Source: Camelus ferus
Taxonomy: Eukaryota
Assembly: GCF_009834535.1 (NCBI RefSeq)
Contig: NC_045696.1
Coordinates: 112,284,001 to 112,348,000, forward strand
Reading direction: 5' to 3'
DNA: 64,000 bases
Under the pieces are notes generated by a model. That model had not been told where the DNA came from. It saw only the letters and a program-made list of their open reading frames with translations, and did no database searches. This document shows positions 27,189-40,121 of the stretch, piece by piece. A program made the position numbers and the translations under genes. How positions within the stretch are numbered: the stretch's first letter is position 1; every line of letters begins with the position of its first letter.

Positions 27189-29058
27189 TCCACAGAATTC
27201 TTAGACCCCAAACTATCTGCAAACAGAGAGCCAGGGATTGGTATATTGAGAGCCTGTTTAAGTGTTCAGGGGTGCTCATCTTGCATAAAGATCTCACCCA
27301 CCCCTCCATTTACTGCACTCTGCATTTTCCTTAAAATTAGTAGCCAAAGAAGCCCAAAGTTGCTGGGGTTTGATGCTGAGCATCTAGGGGCCACAGCCAC
27401 CCAAAGTTTTTAACCTGCAAGATTAGCTCCCCCAGGATGGGCCTAACACTCATGTCTTAATTCCTTGCCCACATCTACAAAATGTTCTTCCGACCTAAGG
27501 AGAGAAATGTGTTAGAATGTGCTCTCCATCAGGCTTGCTGAGCTATAGAATTATTTAGTCAGACCCTACCATGTGATAGTTGAAAGTAACTTCACTATAT
27601 TATTTGCACGTTGGGTGAACCAGGCTCACACTGGCACCTGGGCCAGCAAGATTGAATCCAGGTTTTCTTTCTGCCTCTCCTGATAGCCAAGGAGCTACTT
27701 TGGCTGCATCTACTTTCAACTTCAACTTAAGAAGCATGGGAAAATGTTATTAAGCAATTTAAAAGACTTTACTGGTCACACACTTAGGCCAGAAATCCCA
27801 AATAAAGAAGGGAAGAATTATAATCAGGTCATTCCAAGGAGGAAAGAAAACAAGTCAATAAATATCGGGCAGGAGAATATTACGACTGCAATCAATGTCC
27901 CTGCAGTGAGAGTCTGTCCATCTGTTTGTCCATCCATCCATCCATCCATCTGTCCATCTATCCAAACACCCAAGCATCCAGAAATCCATCTCCTACTAAT
28001 TCTGAAGGCACTGTATCAAAGCTGTGGGATCCCAGGTAGGCGAAGCAAGCTCCCTGCTCCCAGTGAGCTAAGGAGATAGTAGGAGGGAGAAGTTATGGAG
28101 CAAAGACCACAATACAGAAAAATTAAGGGAGTATTTTAAAAGAAAAACTTCTAAGGCTAAGCCAACACTTGGCGGAACATCATAAAAAGCAGCAAAATGT
28201 GGAATAATCAGCAGAAAGAACTCTGATGAGCTCGTGCCAAGTTATGAACCTGAAGGAACTTGGATAAGGTACCGTGCCTGCTGGATGCAGCACAATTGAG
28301 TCAATGTGCCTTTCACCTCCAAGTGCCCAACAGGAAGCCTGTTTCTAAAAGGTGGAAAAGCTCACTGGCTACCACAGCCTGTCCTTAAATTGGCAGAACT
28401 ATCTAAAAACAAACAAACAAACAAACATATAATATGTATGCTTTCTATGGATAAGCCATATCAGTCTTGAAGAATTCTAACTCTAACTACTTCTATCTTA
28501 TTGTACTAGATACTCAACATTGTAGAGAAGGCTGGAGGTAAGAAACAGTTTAAAAAGCCAAAAGTGATCAAGGACATTTAAAAGGCGTACACGGTACGAA
28601 CTGGTGGCAAAGATCCCTGGGAAGTCGAAAACAATTACAGATTTTATTCGTACCCAGCAAATGAGTAAGAAATTCAAAGGAAGATCTCACAACCAAAATA
28701 GATGTTAAATTCTGGGTTACCATTTGTGATTTTTACGGTATTATCTCCTAATTCACGGTCCATGTTATTTATCAAGCGGCCAGTTTTTTCAGGTGCGTTG
28801 GTCACATCTGCTGTTACTATTTGTGTTTACATTTTATCAAATAGAACAGAATACCAATGTGGTTTTGAGTGACCCAGATCCACCATTTATCTGGTTTCAA
28901 ATTATATTCCTGCTGATGGAACCAAAGGCAGATTTCTAGACCAAGAGAAACCAACACCCAACAAAATGAGAGCTCACCTTGGTTATGAACCGTCCTGTTT
29001 TCCGAGGTCCATTAAGCCAATCAATCAAGAGAAAAGAATAAATCCCAGTGGTACTTAC

Positions 29059-29316
29059 TTGCAGGTGACGGGGTACTGCATCCACTTGGTGGAGGGTGGC
29101 CGTGAAGGCCGTGGAGGGGAGGCAGGGAAAGTCCTCCAATGACCGGCGGGAAGAGCAATGGGTAGGGCGCGGCCGGATAGTGAGTCATGTGTCCACTCAC
29201 TGCCGGGACGTGACATGCGTGGCTGCTGGTGGTCATGTTTTAGGCCTCACAGAATGAAAGGTGCTTTGGGGCCGGAACTCATCACTCCAGGCCTTGAACC
29301 AAAGTGGGGCAGGCAG
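29059..29316. promoter_or_regulatory. CpG-rich candidate enhancer / bidirectional promoter
   Basis: Local CpG enrichment in a CpG-poor window; AP-1 TGAGTCA 29181-29187, CCAAT 29136-29140, kB-like GGGAAAGTCC 29125-29134; outward-facing splice donors on both strands. Confidence 0.45.
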
Positions 29317-29739
29317 GTAAGTTCAGAGCAAGAGCTGAGCCTGAGCCGTGCTCTGGGCCAAAAGCAAGAAGGTTCAGCACCTGACCTTGCTTCTTCTCAG
29401 CATGGTGTCTCCACCTCTCGTTTTGCTCTGCTGATGACAGGAAGGATGGCTTTTTGGTTCAGTTTCTCAGTTGGAGGCTGGGAAATGCTATCACTTTTAA
29501 AGTCCAGAACTGCTAATCCTGTAAGAGAAAAACATGTACATATATCTCACAAGTCAAAAACATTTTTTTCTTTATCAAACCATTATATGAAAAAAGTCTC
29601 TGATACTAATCTGGGATTCCCAATTCCCACTTGTTCCCCTGCACTCACTACCTTAGTTTCCTTAAATTCTCATATTCTAGTATAGAATAAAACTTCTACC
29701 TAATTTCAGAATAACCCTGGCTATCTGATATTAACTAGC

Positions 29740-29985
29740 ACCCCTGCCCCGAACCCATTCCTTCCCCATAGTCCTCACCCGGCTTAACTTTTCTCCATGG
29801 CAGTTAAACAGCTCCATTCATGACATGTGGGAGTATTTCTTTTTTTGTCTCCCTCGTTAGAATGTACTCAACAGGAGGGCAGAGTTTTCCTCTGCTTTGT
29901 TAACAGCTATGTTTTAAGCTCCTCTAAGAGTACCTAACAGGCAATAGACTCTGAGCTAACAGTTGTTGAATGAACGAGTGAATGA
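29740..29985 (+). mobile_element. L2 3' end
   Basis: TAGAATGTACTCAACAGGAGGGCAGAG...TTGTTGAATGAACGAGTGAATGAA terminus. Confidence 0.7.
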
Positions 29986-30689
29986 AATTTTTTTCTTGTT
30001 TCTTTTAGAGAAATGTATTGTGTGATGTTGTCCAAACTGATGTGCTCCCAAGACTTTGGACTTTCCAACTTTGGATTTTATGCCGCCATTTGGAATGACA
30101 TACCCAACAAGATAACTATAATTGTGAGAGAAAACTATAACCTAATGAAAGGTAAGGAAGAGACACAGCCATTAAAGATCAGTGAAGTATTTTATATGAG
30201 TTCCTTTTTGTCAAACAGTATACACCTTTCTTGTAAGAGCACCATCCAGCCATTAGTCCATACAACCATCATCCCCTTGTCTCTGTTCAATTATCCATCC
30301 TTCTGTCAGATCCTAACTTGCTATTATGTGCCAAGTGCTGATGTAGGCGCCAGAGGTATACAGTGCGGAACAATGCTAATGTGGCTCCTGCCCTCATGAT
30401 GTTTCTAGTTTTAACAGCTCCTAATTGAGTTCATGTTGTTAATGAGGGTTCAATTGCCCTGTCGCCCATAAAGGACATCCCAGGGATGCTAGAATTCCTT
30501 GATACTGAAATAGATTCTAGAGTGGGCTGACAGTGGACTTCATGGGCTCCCCTTGACCTTACTGACCAATGTTCACTAAAAGGCCCAAACTCTGGTGCCC
30601 ACTGAATGGCAAGCCCTGAATATCAAACCATCTGGCACAAAACAAGAACAAAATCTTGAGGCTGGCATAAAGTGGCTGTTAAGCGCACC

Positions 30690-30915
30690 ATTCTAGATTC
30701 TAGAGCCAGACCTCCTACATGCAAATCATGGCTCTGCCCCCCTTGGACAATTAGCCCTCGATATGTCAGTTTTTATTGGAAAATGGGGCTAATAATAGAA
30801 TTTACTTCAGAGGGGGTATTGTGAGGATTAAATGAGGTTATGAGGTAATACCAAGAGAAGAACAGTGCCTGGGACAGGAAAATAGCAAACATTAGGCAAA
30901 AGTCTACCATTACTG
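30690..30915 (+). mobile_element. MIR SINE
   Basis: TCTAGAGCCAGAC..GGCTCTGCC..AAAATGGGGCTAATAATAG..GTGAGGATTAAATGAG..AACAGTGCCTGG. Confidence 0.8.
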
Positions 30916-31173
30916 TATGTGTTGTCCCATGAAATGATATGTCTCTGAGAACAAGCTTGCTGGATTGAACAAGTGGCTTTGGGGTCCAGGCAGGGAGGAG
31001 GCCACATCACAGTAACCCTGGGAAAAGAACATTAGGACTAAAACTTTTGTCATGAAAAAAGGTAAAGGTGGGGTATAGGTAAAGCTGAGAATAAAGACTC
31101 ATTGAGGCTTACTGACTTCTCAGTTTGGTTTCTGCAAACTCTAAAATGTTCTAGTCAATAGTAACTTCCTTTT

Positions 31174-31709
31174 ACAATAGCCAAGACATGGAAGCAACCT
31201 AAATGTCCATTGACAGATGACTGGGTAAAGAAGTTGTGGTATATTTATACAACGGAATACTACTCAGCCATAAAAAAGAACAAAATAATACCATTTGCGG
31301 CAACATGGATGGATCCGGACATTGTCATACTAAGTCAAGTAAGTCAGACAGAGAAAGACAAATATCATATATCACTTATATGTGGAATCTAAAAAAATGA
31401 TACAAATGAACCTATTTATACAACAGAAAGAGACCCATAGACATAGAAAACAAACTTAAGGTTACCAAAGGGGAAATAGGGTGGAGGGATAAATTGGGAA
31501 TTTGGGATTAACAGATACACACTACTATATACAAAACAGATAAGCAACAAGTTTATACTATATAAAACAGGGAACTACATTCATTATCTTAAAATAACCT
31601 ATAAAGAAAAAGAATTTATATATATATATGTATATATATCTATCATATATATAACTGAATCACTTTGCTGTACACCTGAAATATTATAAATCAACTATAC
31701 TTTAATAAA
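31174..31709 (+). mobile_element. 5'-truncated young L1 3' end
   Basis: ORF2 C-terminal remnant (WVKKLWYIYTTEYYSAIKKN) plus 3'UTR; flanking direct repeat TAACTTCCTTTT at 31162-31173 and 31710-31721. Confidence 0.9.
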
Positions 31710-31734
31710 TAACTTCCTTTTTTTTTTTTAACCA

Positions 31735-31930
31735 TATATCAGGCACTTCACTTATGACCTCTAAGTTCTAGCTCATAGAACAGTCCTAGAAGGCAGTTGT
31801 TACGATCCTCATTTTCCAGATAAGAAAACCAAGTCTCAGTGAGGTCACTGAATCAGCCTGTGGCTAAGAGAGAATCTGCATCTAGGTCTAGCTGGTTCTA
31901 CCACCTCGGCTCTTTCCCCTGTGCCATGCG
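31735..31930 (-). mobile_element. MIR SINE
   Basis: ATCCTCATTTTCCAGATAAGAAAACCAAGTCTCAGTGAGGT core in antisense. Confidence 0.7.
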
Positions 31931-33723
31931 GTAGTATGTACACTGAGTGCCTGCGTTGTCCTAATTGTCCCTACAGAGCAAAAAGTCCATGAGCAGTTGT
32001 GACAGGAGAAGCTGTCCTCACTTAGATGACCTTCTCCCCAGAGCCTCGAGTCCCTGGTCTGCTGGTATTAAACATGAATGTCATCAACAGGGAGGCCACG
32101 TGGTCCCAGGCTTCCCAGGACGCTGCTGAGCCTTAGGAAGGAGACGACGTTCCTGGATGACTTATGTAACATGCTTAACTCCAAAAGTGATGACCCCCTC
32201 AAATATCAATGTCTTTTTGAAATTCAAACCGCAACTTGTTTCTCTGATGAAAAGAAAGTAAATGGACTATGAGAAGTGAAATGTTTTCAAGGCTTTGTCT
32301 TCTAAAAATCACAGACCATCTGATACATTTAATGCTTTACTTTGTAGTTTGTAGTAAATTAATTAGAAAATAAACAATGCCATTTAGTATTTGCTGCATT
32401 TCCACTCAATTTGATTTTTAAATCACACACACAAAGCCCAGTGTTGTTACAAATGGTCTTTTCTATCTCCATTAGACAAACTACCTCATTAACTGGTGAA
32501 GCTGACAGTTCAGCAAACCCACCCCCGCAGGGCACAATTCTTAGATTTTTAAAGCTGTTTGTTTGTTTTTACCAACCAGGGACTATTTCTATCCTCAGTA
32601 ATCCTTCATTTCTCTTTGCTTTCAAACACCGCACATTTTCGGCATCCTGCCTGCCTGGTTTGAAAAGTCTGGTATTCTACCTCGTATCTTAAAAAAAAAA
32701 AAATAGAAAACAAACAAACAAACAAAAACCCCACTACTTAATATTAGACAAAGGAAAAAAAATCAATGTGCCAGGAAAATCCTGTTATGTTGGTGGAAAA
32801 TTGTCTGAACAGTCACTGGGTCTCTGTTCACATGTGTGACTGATTAAGGCTATTCCTGGAAGCAGAGAATTTCCTTTGTTTCAGGCTTTTAGGAAAAAAA
32901 GACGGTCACTGGTATTAGCAGGGCTTTTTTCTTTATGCCTGATTTAAGTGTGGGCTCATTCGGGGTTTTTTCCCTCACCACCTGAGGCAATGCAAACAGG
33001 AGCTGTGGTGGCAGAGGGGAAGGAAGTGGGGGCTGGGTCAGGGGGTCTTGGATCTATAACGCATGAGATTGCCTGGGTATCAGTTTCATCATCTGTGAAA
33101 GGGGTCAAGCTAAGAGGAGTAGGCTTTCAATCAAGTCTCTTAAACTATGTCGTCCAGAAAACAAGTATTTTACAAGAAGATACTAAATGAAACAAAAAAG
33201 CTGAAAGTAATATTCTAGACGAGAAAATTAAAAAAAAAGGACTTTAAAATAACTGTTGGCAGAGTTGATGCAAGTTCGCCTTTGAGAAATAGTGGCATAA
33301 TGGGAGGTGGCAAGAAAGGTCTCCCCACTAGGCACCTGGACGATACTTGCCAAGCAGTGGCAGGCGTCCCGGGAACTGTTAACATCTGTGCCTGGATCTG
33401 TGAGATCTTATTAATACAACACATTATATTTTCTTCAGTTTAATTTGTTATTGTTTTCATTCAATTAAAAAGTTTTTTTTAAAAACTATATTTTAATCAT
33501 TTTTTTGTCACACAATTTTCTGGAGCTTGGTTTGGTATGTATTTCAGCCTAAATTTGCATACAAGCTTCCAAGCTCATAATCCTTTCTTCTCTTTTCTTT
33601 TCTTTTTTTGTATCTGTTAACCCTAAACTCCTAATTTATCCCTAAACATCTGAAATTTATTTTATATAAACATGATACTTACATATGACTCTTAAAAAAG
33701 GCACATAGTTCCTTTGGACCTAT

Positions 33724-33912
33724 CTGGTTTTCAAATGGAGTCCCTGAACCAGCGTATCAGCCTTGCCTGGAAACTTGCTGGAAATGCAGATTTTCCAGGC
33801 CCCACCCAAGATGTATGGAGTTAGAAAGTCTGAGGTGGAACCAGCAATCTAATCTGTGTTCTAACAAACCCTCCAGATGATTCTGACGCAGCTAAAATTT
33901 GAGAACCACTGC
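33724..33912. mobile_element. MER5A hAT DNA transposon
   Basis: GAAATGCAGATTTTCCAGGCCCCACC...AACAAACCCTCCAGATGATTCTGACGCAGCTAAAATTTGAGAACCACTG. Confidence 0.85.
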
Positions 33913-33920
33913 TTTAAAAT

Positions 33921-34145
33921 GAGGTTAGCAAATTTCTTCTGTAAAGAAAGTAAATATTTTGGATTGCAGGCCACGCAGTCTGTCACAACCGCTCAACTCT
34001 GCTTTTGCACCAACTGCTTGCGGCACAAAGGCAGCCACAGATGATCCAGAAACAAGTGCGTGTGGCTGTGTTCCAACAAAGCACTATTCACGAAAACAGG
34101 CAGCCTGCTGAATCTGGCCCCTGGGCTGAGGCTTGCTGACCCCAT
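33921..34145 (+). mobile_element. MER58A-like hAT DNA transposon
   Basis: GGTTAGCAAATTTCTTCTGTAAAG...TGGCTGTGTTCCAACAAAGCACTATT...TTGCTGACCCC. Confidence 0.8.
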
Positions 34146-34249
34146 TTCAGGGCAACAAAAACAGAAGCTTATCTTCTCTAGCCTGAAGTTCCCCTCCCTA
34201 CCAGCAACCGCTCAAAACCATTCTAGCTGGACTTTTTTCTATTACTTAC

Positions 34250-34722
34250 ATTTCTAGATAATGTACTTAAACTATTTTTTTTTAACTTTGTAAAATTTTC
34301 TTTATTTTCTATTGGTTTCCACTATAAATACGATCTAGCTCTCTTAGGCTATTCCCCACCCACACAAAACTGTCTCTCCTCTCTTACTCCTAACAGAATT
34401 TCATCACAGTTTTAAAAATGAAAATTGTTCACATTATCATGTCTAAATTATTATGACTGGATTGTTTTGTTACAGCTGAGCCACGTGTTGTACTATATTT
34501 ACAGTACTGTAAAGTTTCTTGTTTTTCCAGGAGCTGATAATTGCTTTGTTTATGTAATTTGATTAGTTTTCTCTGTATCTGTGGCTTCTCTCCCAACTCT
34601 CTGACAATTTTGTCAGACATGTCGTATGACACATAAGTTCCACAGCTGGAGACATTTCTCCTGTTCTAGGGCTGACTGGGTACTTTCCTAGCCTAGGACA
34701 TGGATATCAAACCAAGACATTC

Positions 34723-34753
<31 letters not shown>

Positions 34754-35520
34754 TTCTGAGCCTGTATTTCTTAGATCCTATACTTCTTCATCTGGGTGGC
34801 TGTTTTCCCAAGATATTTCTGAGAAATGGTGCATATGGGAGGTAAATGTTTTGAGTCTTTTCATGTATTAAAATATTTTCATACTACATTTCTTATTTCT
34901 TTGATAGTTTGGCTAGGTATAAAATTGCGCATTGAAAATAAATTTTTAAATTAGAATTTTAAGTATGTTGCATCATTTTCCAAGCTTTTTACATTGCTTT
35001 GGAAATTTCTACAGCTGTCCTGATTTCAGATGTTTCATATGTGACACATTTCCTTTTCTAGAAGCCTTAAAATTGTCTCTTTATTCCCGAAGGATTTTTT
35101 TTTTTCTCTACATTGTGCTAGGCACTTGGTAGAAGTCTTCAATCTGATGACCCATGTCCTTCTGTTAGGGAAAATTTCATTTTATGCTTCATTTAAGAAT
35201 ATTTTCTTTAACATATATTTTGTTATCTCCATTTGAGAGTCTTATTATTTAGATAGTGGGCCTTCTGAATTAATTCTCTCATTTTATTTTATTTTATTTC
35301 ATATTCTACTTCTTCATCCATTTGTTCTAACCATATTTTTAAAGTCCAAGAATTTTTCTTGTTTTTTCTCCTTTGTTTATTATTTTTTGTCTTGTTTTGT
35401 TTTTCCCTTCTTTTTACATCTTATTTTTTTGGTCATGAATGCCTTATCTTTTCTGAATACCTTTTACAGTATTAAAATAGTTCTTTTTAATGTTTTATTC
35501 TGCTCTCTACATTGACTATA
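34250..35520 (-). mobile_element. Ancient L1M fragment; contains (TTA)n at ~34725-34752
   Basis: T-rich tract with GATAGTTTGGCTAGGTATAAAATT, similar to the antisense L1 ORF1 region. Confidence 0.5.
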
Positions 35521-35797
35521 TTTTTTACTTTTCCTCTGTTGTTTTATTTTTTTTAATGCGTACTACATTCATTTCTCAATCGTATTGTCTGCTCAATTCT
35601 TACACCGTCCATTTGTATCTAAAAGGGAAAACTTATTACAAGGTCTGTTTTCATGAGCAAACTTTGTCAAATGGGTAAGTTTCATGAAAAAGTGACCAAA
35701 CTGGGATGTTTCTTTGTGGGAGGCCCCAAATGTTACATTTATAGGGTTTTTATTTGGAGCTTGAAAAGTAGCATAATATGCCACTTCAAAATATGAT

Positions 35798-36342
35798 TGT
35801 AGGAGTTCAGGGCATGCCATCCCACAGTTCACTGCTCTGGTATATCGATTATTTTGAGTTGTAGGTACTTGGAAAACAGTAAAATCAGGAGAGGCTTTCT
35901 CTTAACTCTCCTTATCTGCCTAAGGACAGATCCTTCAAAAGGAACCTGAATGTCATAAATCCCTTCCCTGGGAGTTTCATCAACCAGCAGAGATTGACTC
36001 GTATCACAAGAGAGGAGACAGAAGTCAACACACACCCAGACGCACTTTGTCACAAACTATCACACCTGCCATTATTCTGTTAAGGGTTCATTTATCTTTC
36101 TTAAAAATCATTTACTCTCCCATAAGAGGCTACATACCCTTTCCCCTTTCCCTATTAATATGGTATTTAATTCTGGACCTCAGCCACCTCAGAGAGTTAC
36201 TCATTTTTCTCTGGGTATCTCCCATTTATACATGAGGTATACATGTTAATAAACTTTTGTTGTTTTTCTCTTGTTAATCTGTCTTCTATTACAAGGGTCT
36301 TAGCCAAGAACTCAGAAGGGTAGAGCAAAGGCTACTCCCCCC
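35798..36342 (+). mobile_element. ERV1-class solo LTR (MER34/MER39-related)
   Basis: Starts TGTAGGAGTTCAGGGCATGCCA..GATTATTTTGAG; AATAAA followed by CTTTTGTTG..GTTAATCTGTC..GCCAAGAACTCAGAAGGGTAGAG. Confidence 0.7.
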
Positions 36343-38302
36343 ACCCCAAAAGTTCTTTGGTAGCTTCATGGAGAAATCCCCTAAGATTCGGTGCAGGATG
36401 GGGAGGAAAGCCAAAGCCTGAAAAGACTGGAAAGACTTACTTACTGAAAAGACTCCTGGTGGATGAATGGAGCAATGAGGCTGGGGCTGCTGGTAGGCTC
36501 ACTATTAAATACATAGTCTTTCACTTCTTCCTCCTGTTCTCAGTCTAACACCACCTCCCCACTCTATGTTCATGCCTGATATCCAGAACTCAGTAACTTC
36601 TCAGTTTCTTCAAAGAATAGACTTACCTTTCCTATCAAGAGTAGGTTAAAGTAATCACCAGGATAGAGGAGCAGATTTAACTGCTCCTTGTTCAGAAGTT
36701 CAGCCGATCTTCGTATCTTAGGTATCACTTTCATCTTTCTGGGTGTCTGGTGCCTCTGTACTCAGGACTGTCCAGGACCCTACAACTTGTATCTACCTGC
36801 TCCTCCTTTTCACCTCCTTCTCTGGGCATCAGCAGTCTGCTTTCTGCCACTTTGCTAATGTATTCCCTACTGTCTATCTACTTTCCATCTTCTTGTCTTC
36901 TTTCTTGCCTGCAATTAGCATCACTCCCATTCTTGCTAACTTTGATGCTTTATACTTTTTACATCCCCTTACTATCATTTTAGTAAAGATTTGGGAGGGA
37001 ACAGCAGAAAAGGCATGTTTTTAATTCACTATATTTCTCTAGAAATTCACAAAACCAAAACAAAAAAAATAACCTGTGTTCAAATAAGTTTGGAAAACTT
37101 AGAATAGGTGATTCCTTACCCTTTTTATCTTGAAATTCCTTCTATGAGAAGGGAGTTAAAGAACAATTTCACTAAGATGAAAGGGTTCGCTCAAGACCCC
37201 AGATGAGATAAGGTTAATTCAATGTCTAAGTTATTCTTATATGGCAAGAGAAAGTCAGTAATGGTTCCAAACTGAAATTGAACAAGAAAGAGATTTAACC
37301 TGCTGTCCTAGACATTCCATGGGAGTGTGTCAAATGCCTTCTACTAATAAATAAAATAAAGATGGGCTTTAATCTGCCTTAGCCATGCACCTACAGGCAC
37401 ACCGGATAATTAGAAATGCTAGTTAATGCACTGATGGCTTGATATGTGCTTTCTTGAAGACTTCAAGTTGGAGAAAGAACTCTTGGTACAGTGCACCTTA
37501 GACGATGAGAAGCCGAACACTTTAATGTGATGAGAAGTGTTAATTTTACACAATACTGCCTTCAAGTGTAATCCACGCAACAAAACAGATGAAATTTTTG
37601 GATAAAACGTTGTACCTGTTTCCTCCTACTGAAATTTAATGGCATCATGGCTGTTGTGGCTAACATACAAAACAGCAGAAGTGAGCAAAAGACAGATTTT
37701 TAAATTTCTTCTGATGGAGGACAGAAAATTCTTGTATTTCACCAGCTGATTTAGAATTTCTTGCAGGAGAAATCTTCGCTTTGACAGACACCACATACAT
37801 ATCACTTCTTTTTCCAGCATAGTTTAGCTCAAACCTCCCTATTAATTTAAGACATTGGTTCCAGGTGATGCCACTTAAAATTTTTCAAATACATTCAGTC
37901 AAGTACCTGTTTTCAGCAAAAATGCTAAACTCAGCATGAATCCTGTGAGTTGCTTTGGCTTCTGTTCTTGATAGAAAAGCAACACGACTGCCAAGGAGTC
38001 CGTTTTTCATGTCTGGTAGTTTTGCAGCTTCCTTATATCCACCGTCTTCTTCAGAAGTATTACTGATAAAATTTTGTTCAGTTTCAACCAAGGGGAAGCC
38101 ATAATGAATGACTTGAATTTGGCCAAATAAAAAGGTATTTCTTACCTCCTTTTAATTTAATTTGGGAATGAAAAAGCTAGAACAAAGCCATTTAGAGGGA
38201 ATAAGGCAGTCAAAGGAGTCCCTTAGAACACTGAGAAGAGTGAAATGGGAATCTGTCCTCTGCATCAGGAGGTGGTCACTGGGCACATTAAAGATCCACT
38301 GT

Positions 38303-38860
38303 AACTGTGTGAACATTGGGGTGCATGTTCAGCACTATTTATAGTAGCCAAGACCTAGAAACAACCCAAATGTCCCTCAACAGATGACTGGGTAAAGAAG
38401 ATGTCATATATTTATACAATGGAATACTACTGAGCCATAAAAAGAATAAAATAATGCCATTTGCAACAACTTGGATAGAACTGGAGATCATCATTCTAAG
38501 TGAAGTAAGCCAGAAAGAGAAAGAAAAATGCCATATGATATCACTTATATGTGGTATCTTAAAAAAAGGACACAAATCAACTTATCTACAGAACAGGTAC
38601 AGACTCACAGACATAGAGAGCAAACTTATGGTTGCCAGGTGTAAAGGCAGTGGGAAGGGAGAAATTAGGAATTTGAAAATTGCACCGCTTGGGAAGTGAT
38701 TGAAATGTTAGCTGTCTTGATTGTGGTGGTAGTTTATCTGGTGTGTACATCTATCAAAACTCATCAAATTGTACATCTGAAATATGTGTAGTTTACTCTA
38801 CAGGAACCATACCACAATTAAAGGTGTTAAGAGAAAAATAAAATAATACAAAATTAAATA
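38303..38860 (+). mobile_element. 5'-truncated L1 with short 5' inversion and chimeric 3' end
   Basis: 13-bp TSD AAAGATCCACTGT at 38290-38302 and 38861-38873; ORF2 C-terminus MPFATTWIELEIIILSEVSQKEKEK. Confidence 0.9.
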
Positions 38861-39643
38861 AAAGATCCACTGTCAAAAGCATATACAAAATGTTCTGTAT
38901 TCCCCTTTAGGGTGCTTTTATAAGAGTCCATCTGCTAAAAAAATATGACTTGCAGAAAGCAGTAAGCAGAAATATACATATGTTAGAATGTATAAAACTC
39001 TAAAGATTTTAATTTTAGAAATTAAGGGAACAGTCATGTAAATATGGGTTTTAGGAAGTCAACACTCAGCCCAATGTTGTTGCATCTTTACACATACTTC
39101 CTGAAGGTCTTTTCCACATAGATTCCAAAACATAAGGTAAAAGTATGGAAAGGACCAAATGTCTGCTGGTCCCACTGCTTGTTTTTAAGAAAAGGGGCAG
39201 CAGGCAACTCCCTGTACAATGATTTCTATGCTTTGCATCATGGAATTCTGCCAGACCAAGCAGAATGACTAGATTAGGGTTTGGTTCTCAAGGGAAAGTC
39301 AGCCACAGGATCTCAAGGGAGTGAACTACCTCCTGGCTGGTTAGCAGCCTATGATGGAATCTAGAAGTCGTCTGCCCAATGGGAGTATCCAAGCTGGATG
39401 GTGACTCACCTCTCCCATCAGAGTATGACTATTGACAGGTTTTGAACACTCAACACACCAAGAATGACACAGAGAGAAGACTGGCATAGAACACAAAAAT
39501 AAGTTGGCAGAAACCACGAGGCTAGAGAAACCACAAGAGAGGAAGAAACATGAGGCAGAGGAGAGCACAGCATCAAAATATTGGTTAAAAACAGAGATAA
39601 AATGAGTTATGATAGCTATAATTGTGCTACTAGAGTTATCTTT

Positions 39644-40070
39644 TATTAAAATTGAAGTATAGTTGACTTATAGTATTATATTACTTTTACACATACAGCA
39701 CAGTGATTCAATATTTTATAGATTATACTCCAAAGTTATTATAAAATATTGACCATATTCCCTGTGCTGTACATTACATCCTTGTAACTTACTTATTTTT
39801 ATACCTGGTTTGTACCTCTTACTTCCCTTCATCTATTTTGCCCCTCCCTGCAACCCTCTCCTCATTGGTAATCACTACTTTGCTGTCTATATCTTTGACC
39901 CTGTTTCTGTTTTGTTATATTTGTTCTAATTTTTACATTCCACATATAAGTGAAAACATAGTATTTGTCCTTCTCTGACTTGTTTCACTAAACATAATAC
40001 CCTCCAGGTTTATCCAGGTTGTTGCAAATCGCAAAATATCATTATTTTTTATGGCTGAGTAGTATTCCAT

Positions 40071-40121
<51 letters not shown>

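Noticed and set aside
29158..29685. Longest ORF in the window (175 aa)
   Set aside because: No recognisable domain; it runs through a consensus donor into AT-rich sequence and is most likely a chance ORF
37626..38091. Two minus-strand ORFs (64 and 68 aa) as a processed pseudogene or exon
   Set aside because: No recognisable protein similarity, no poly(A)/TSD and no convincing splice-site pair
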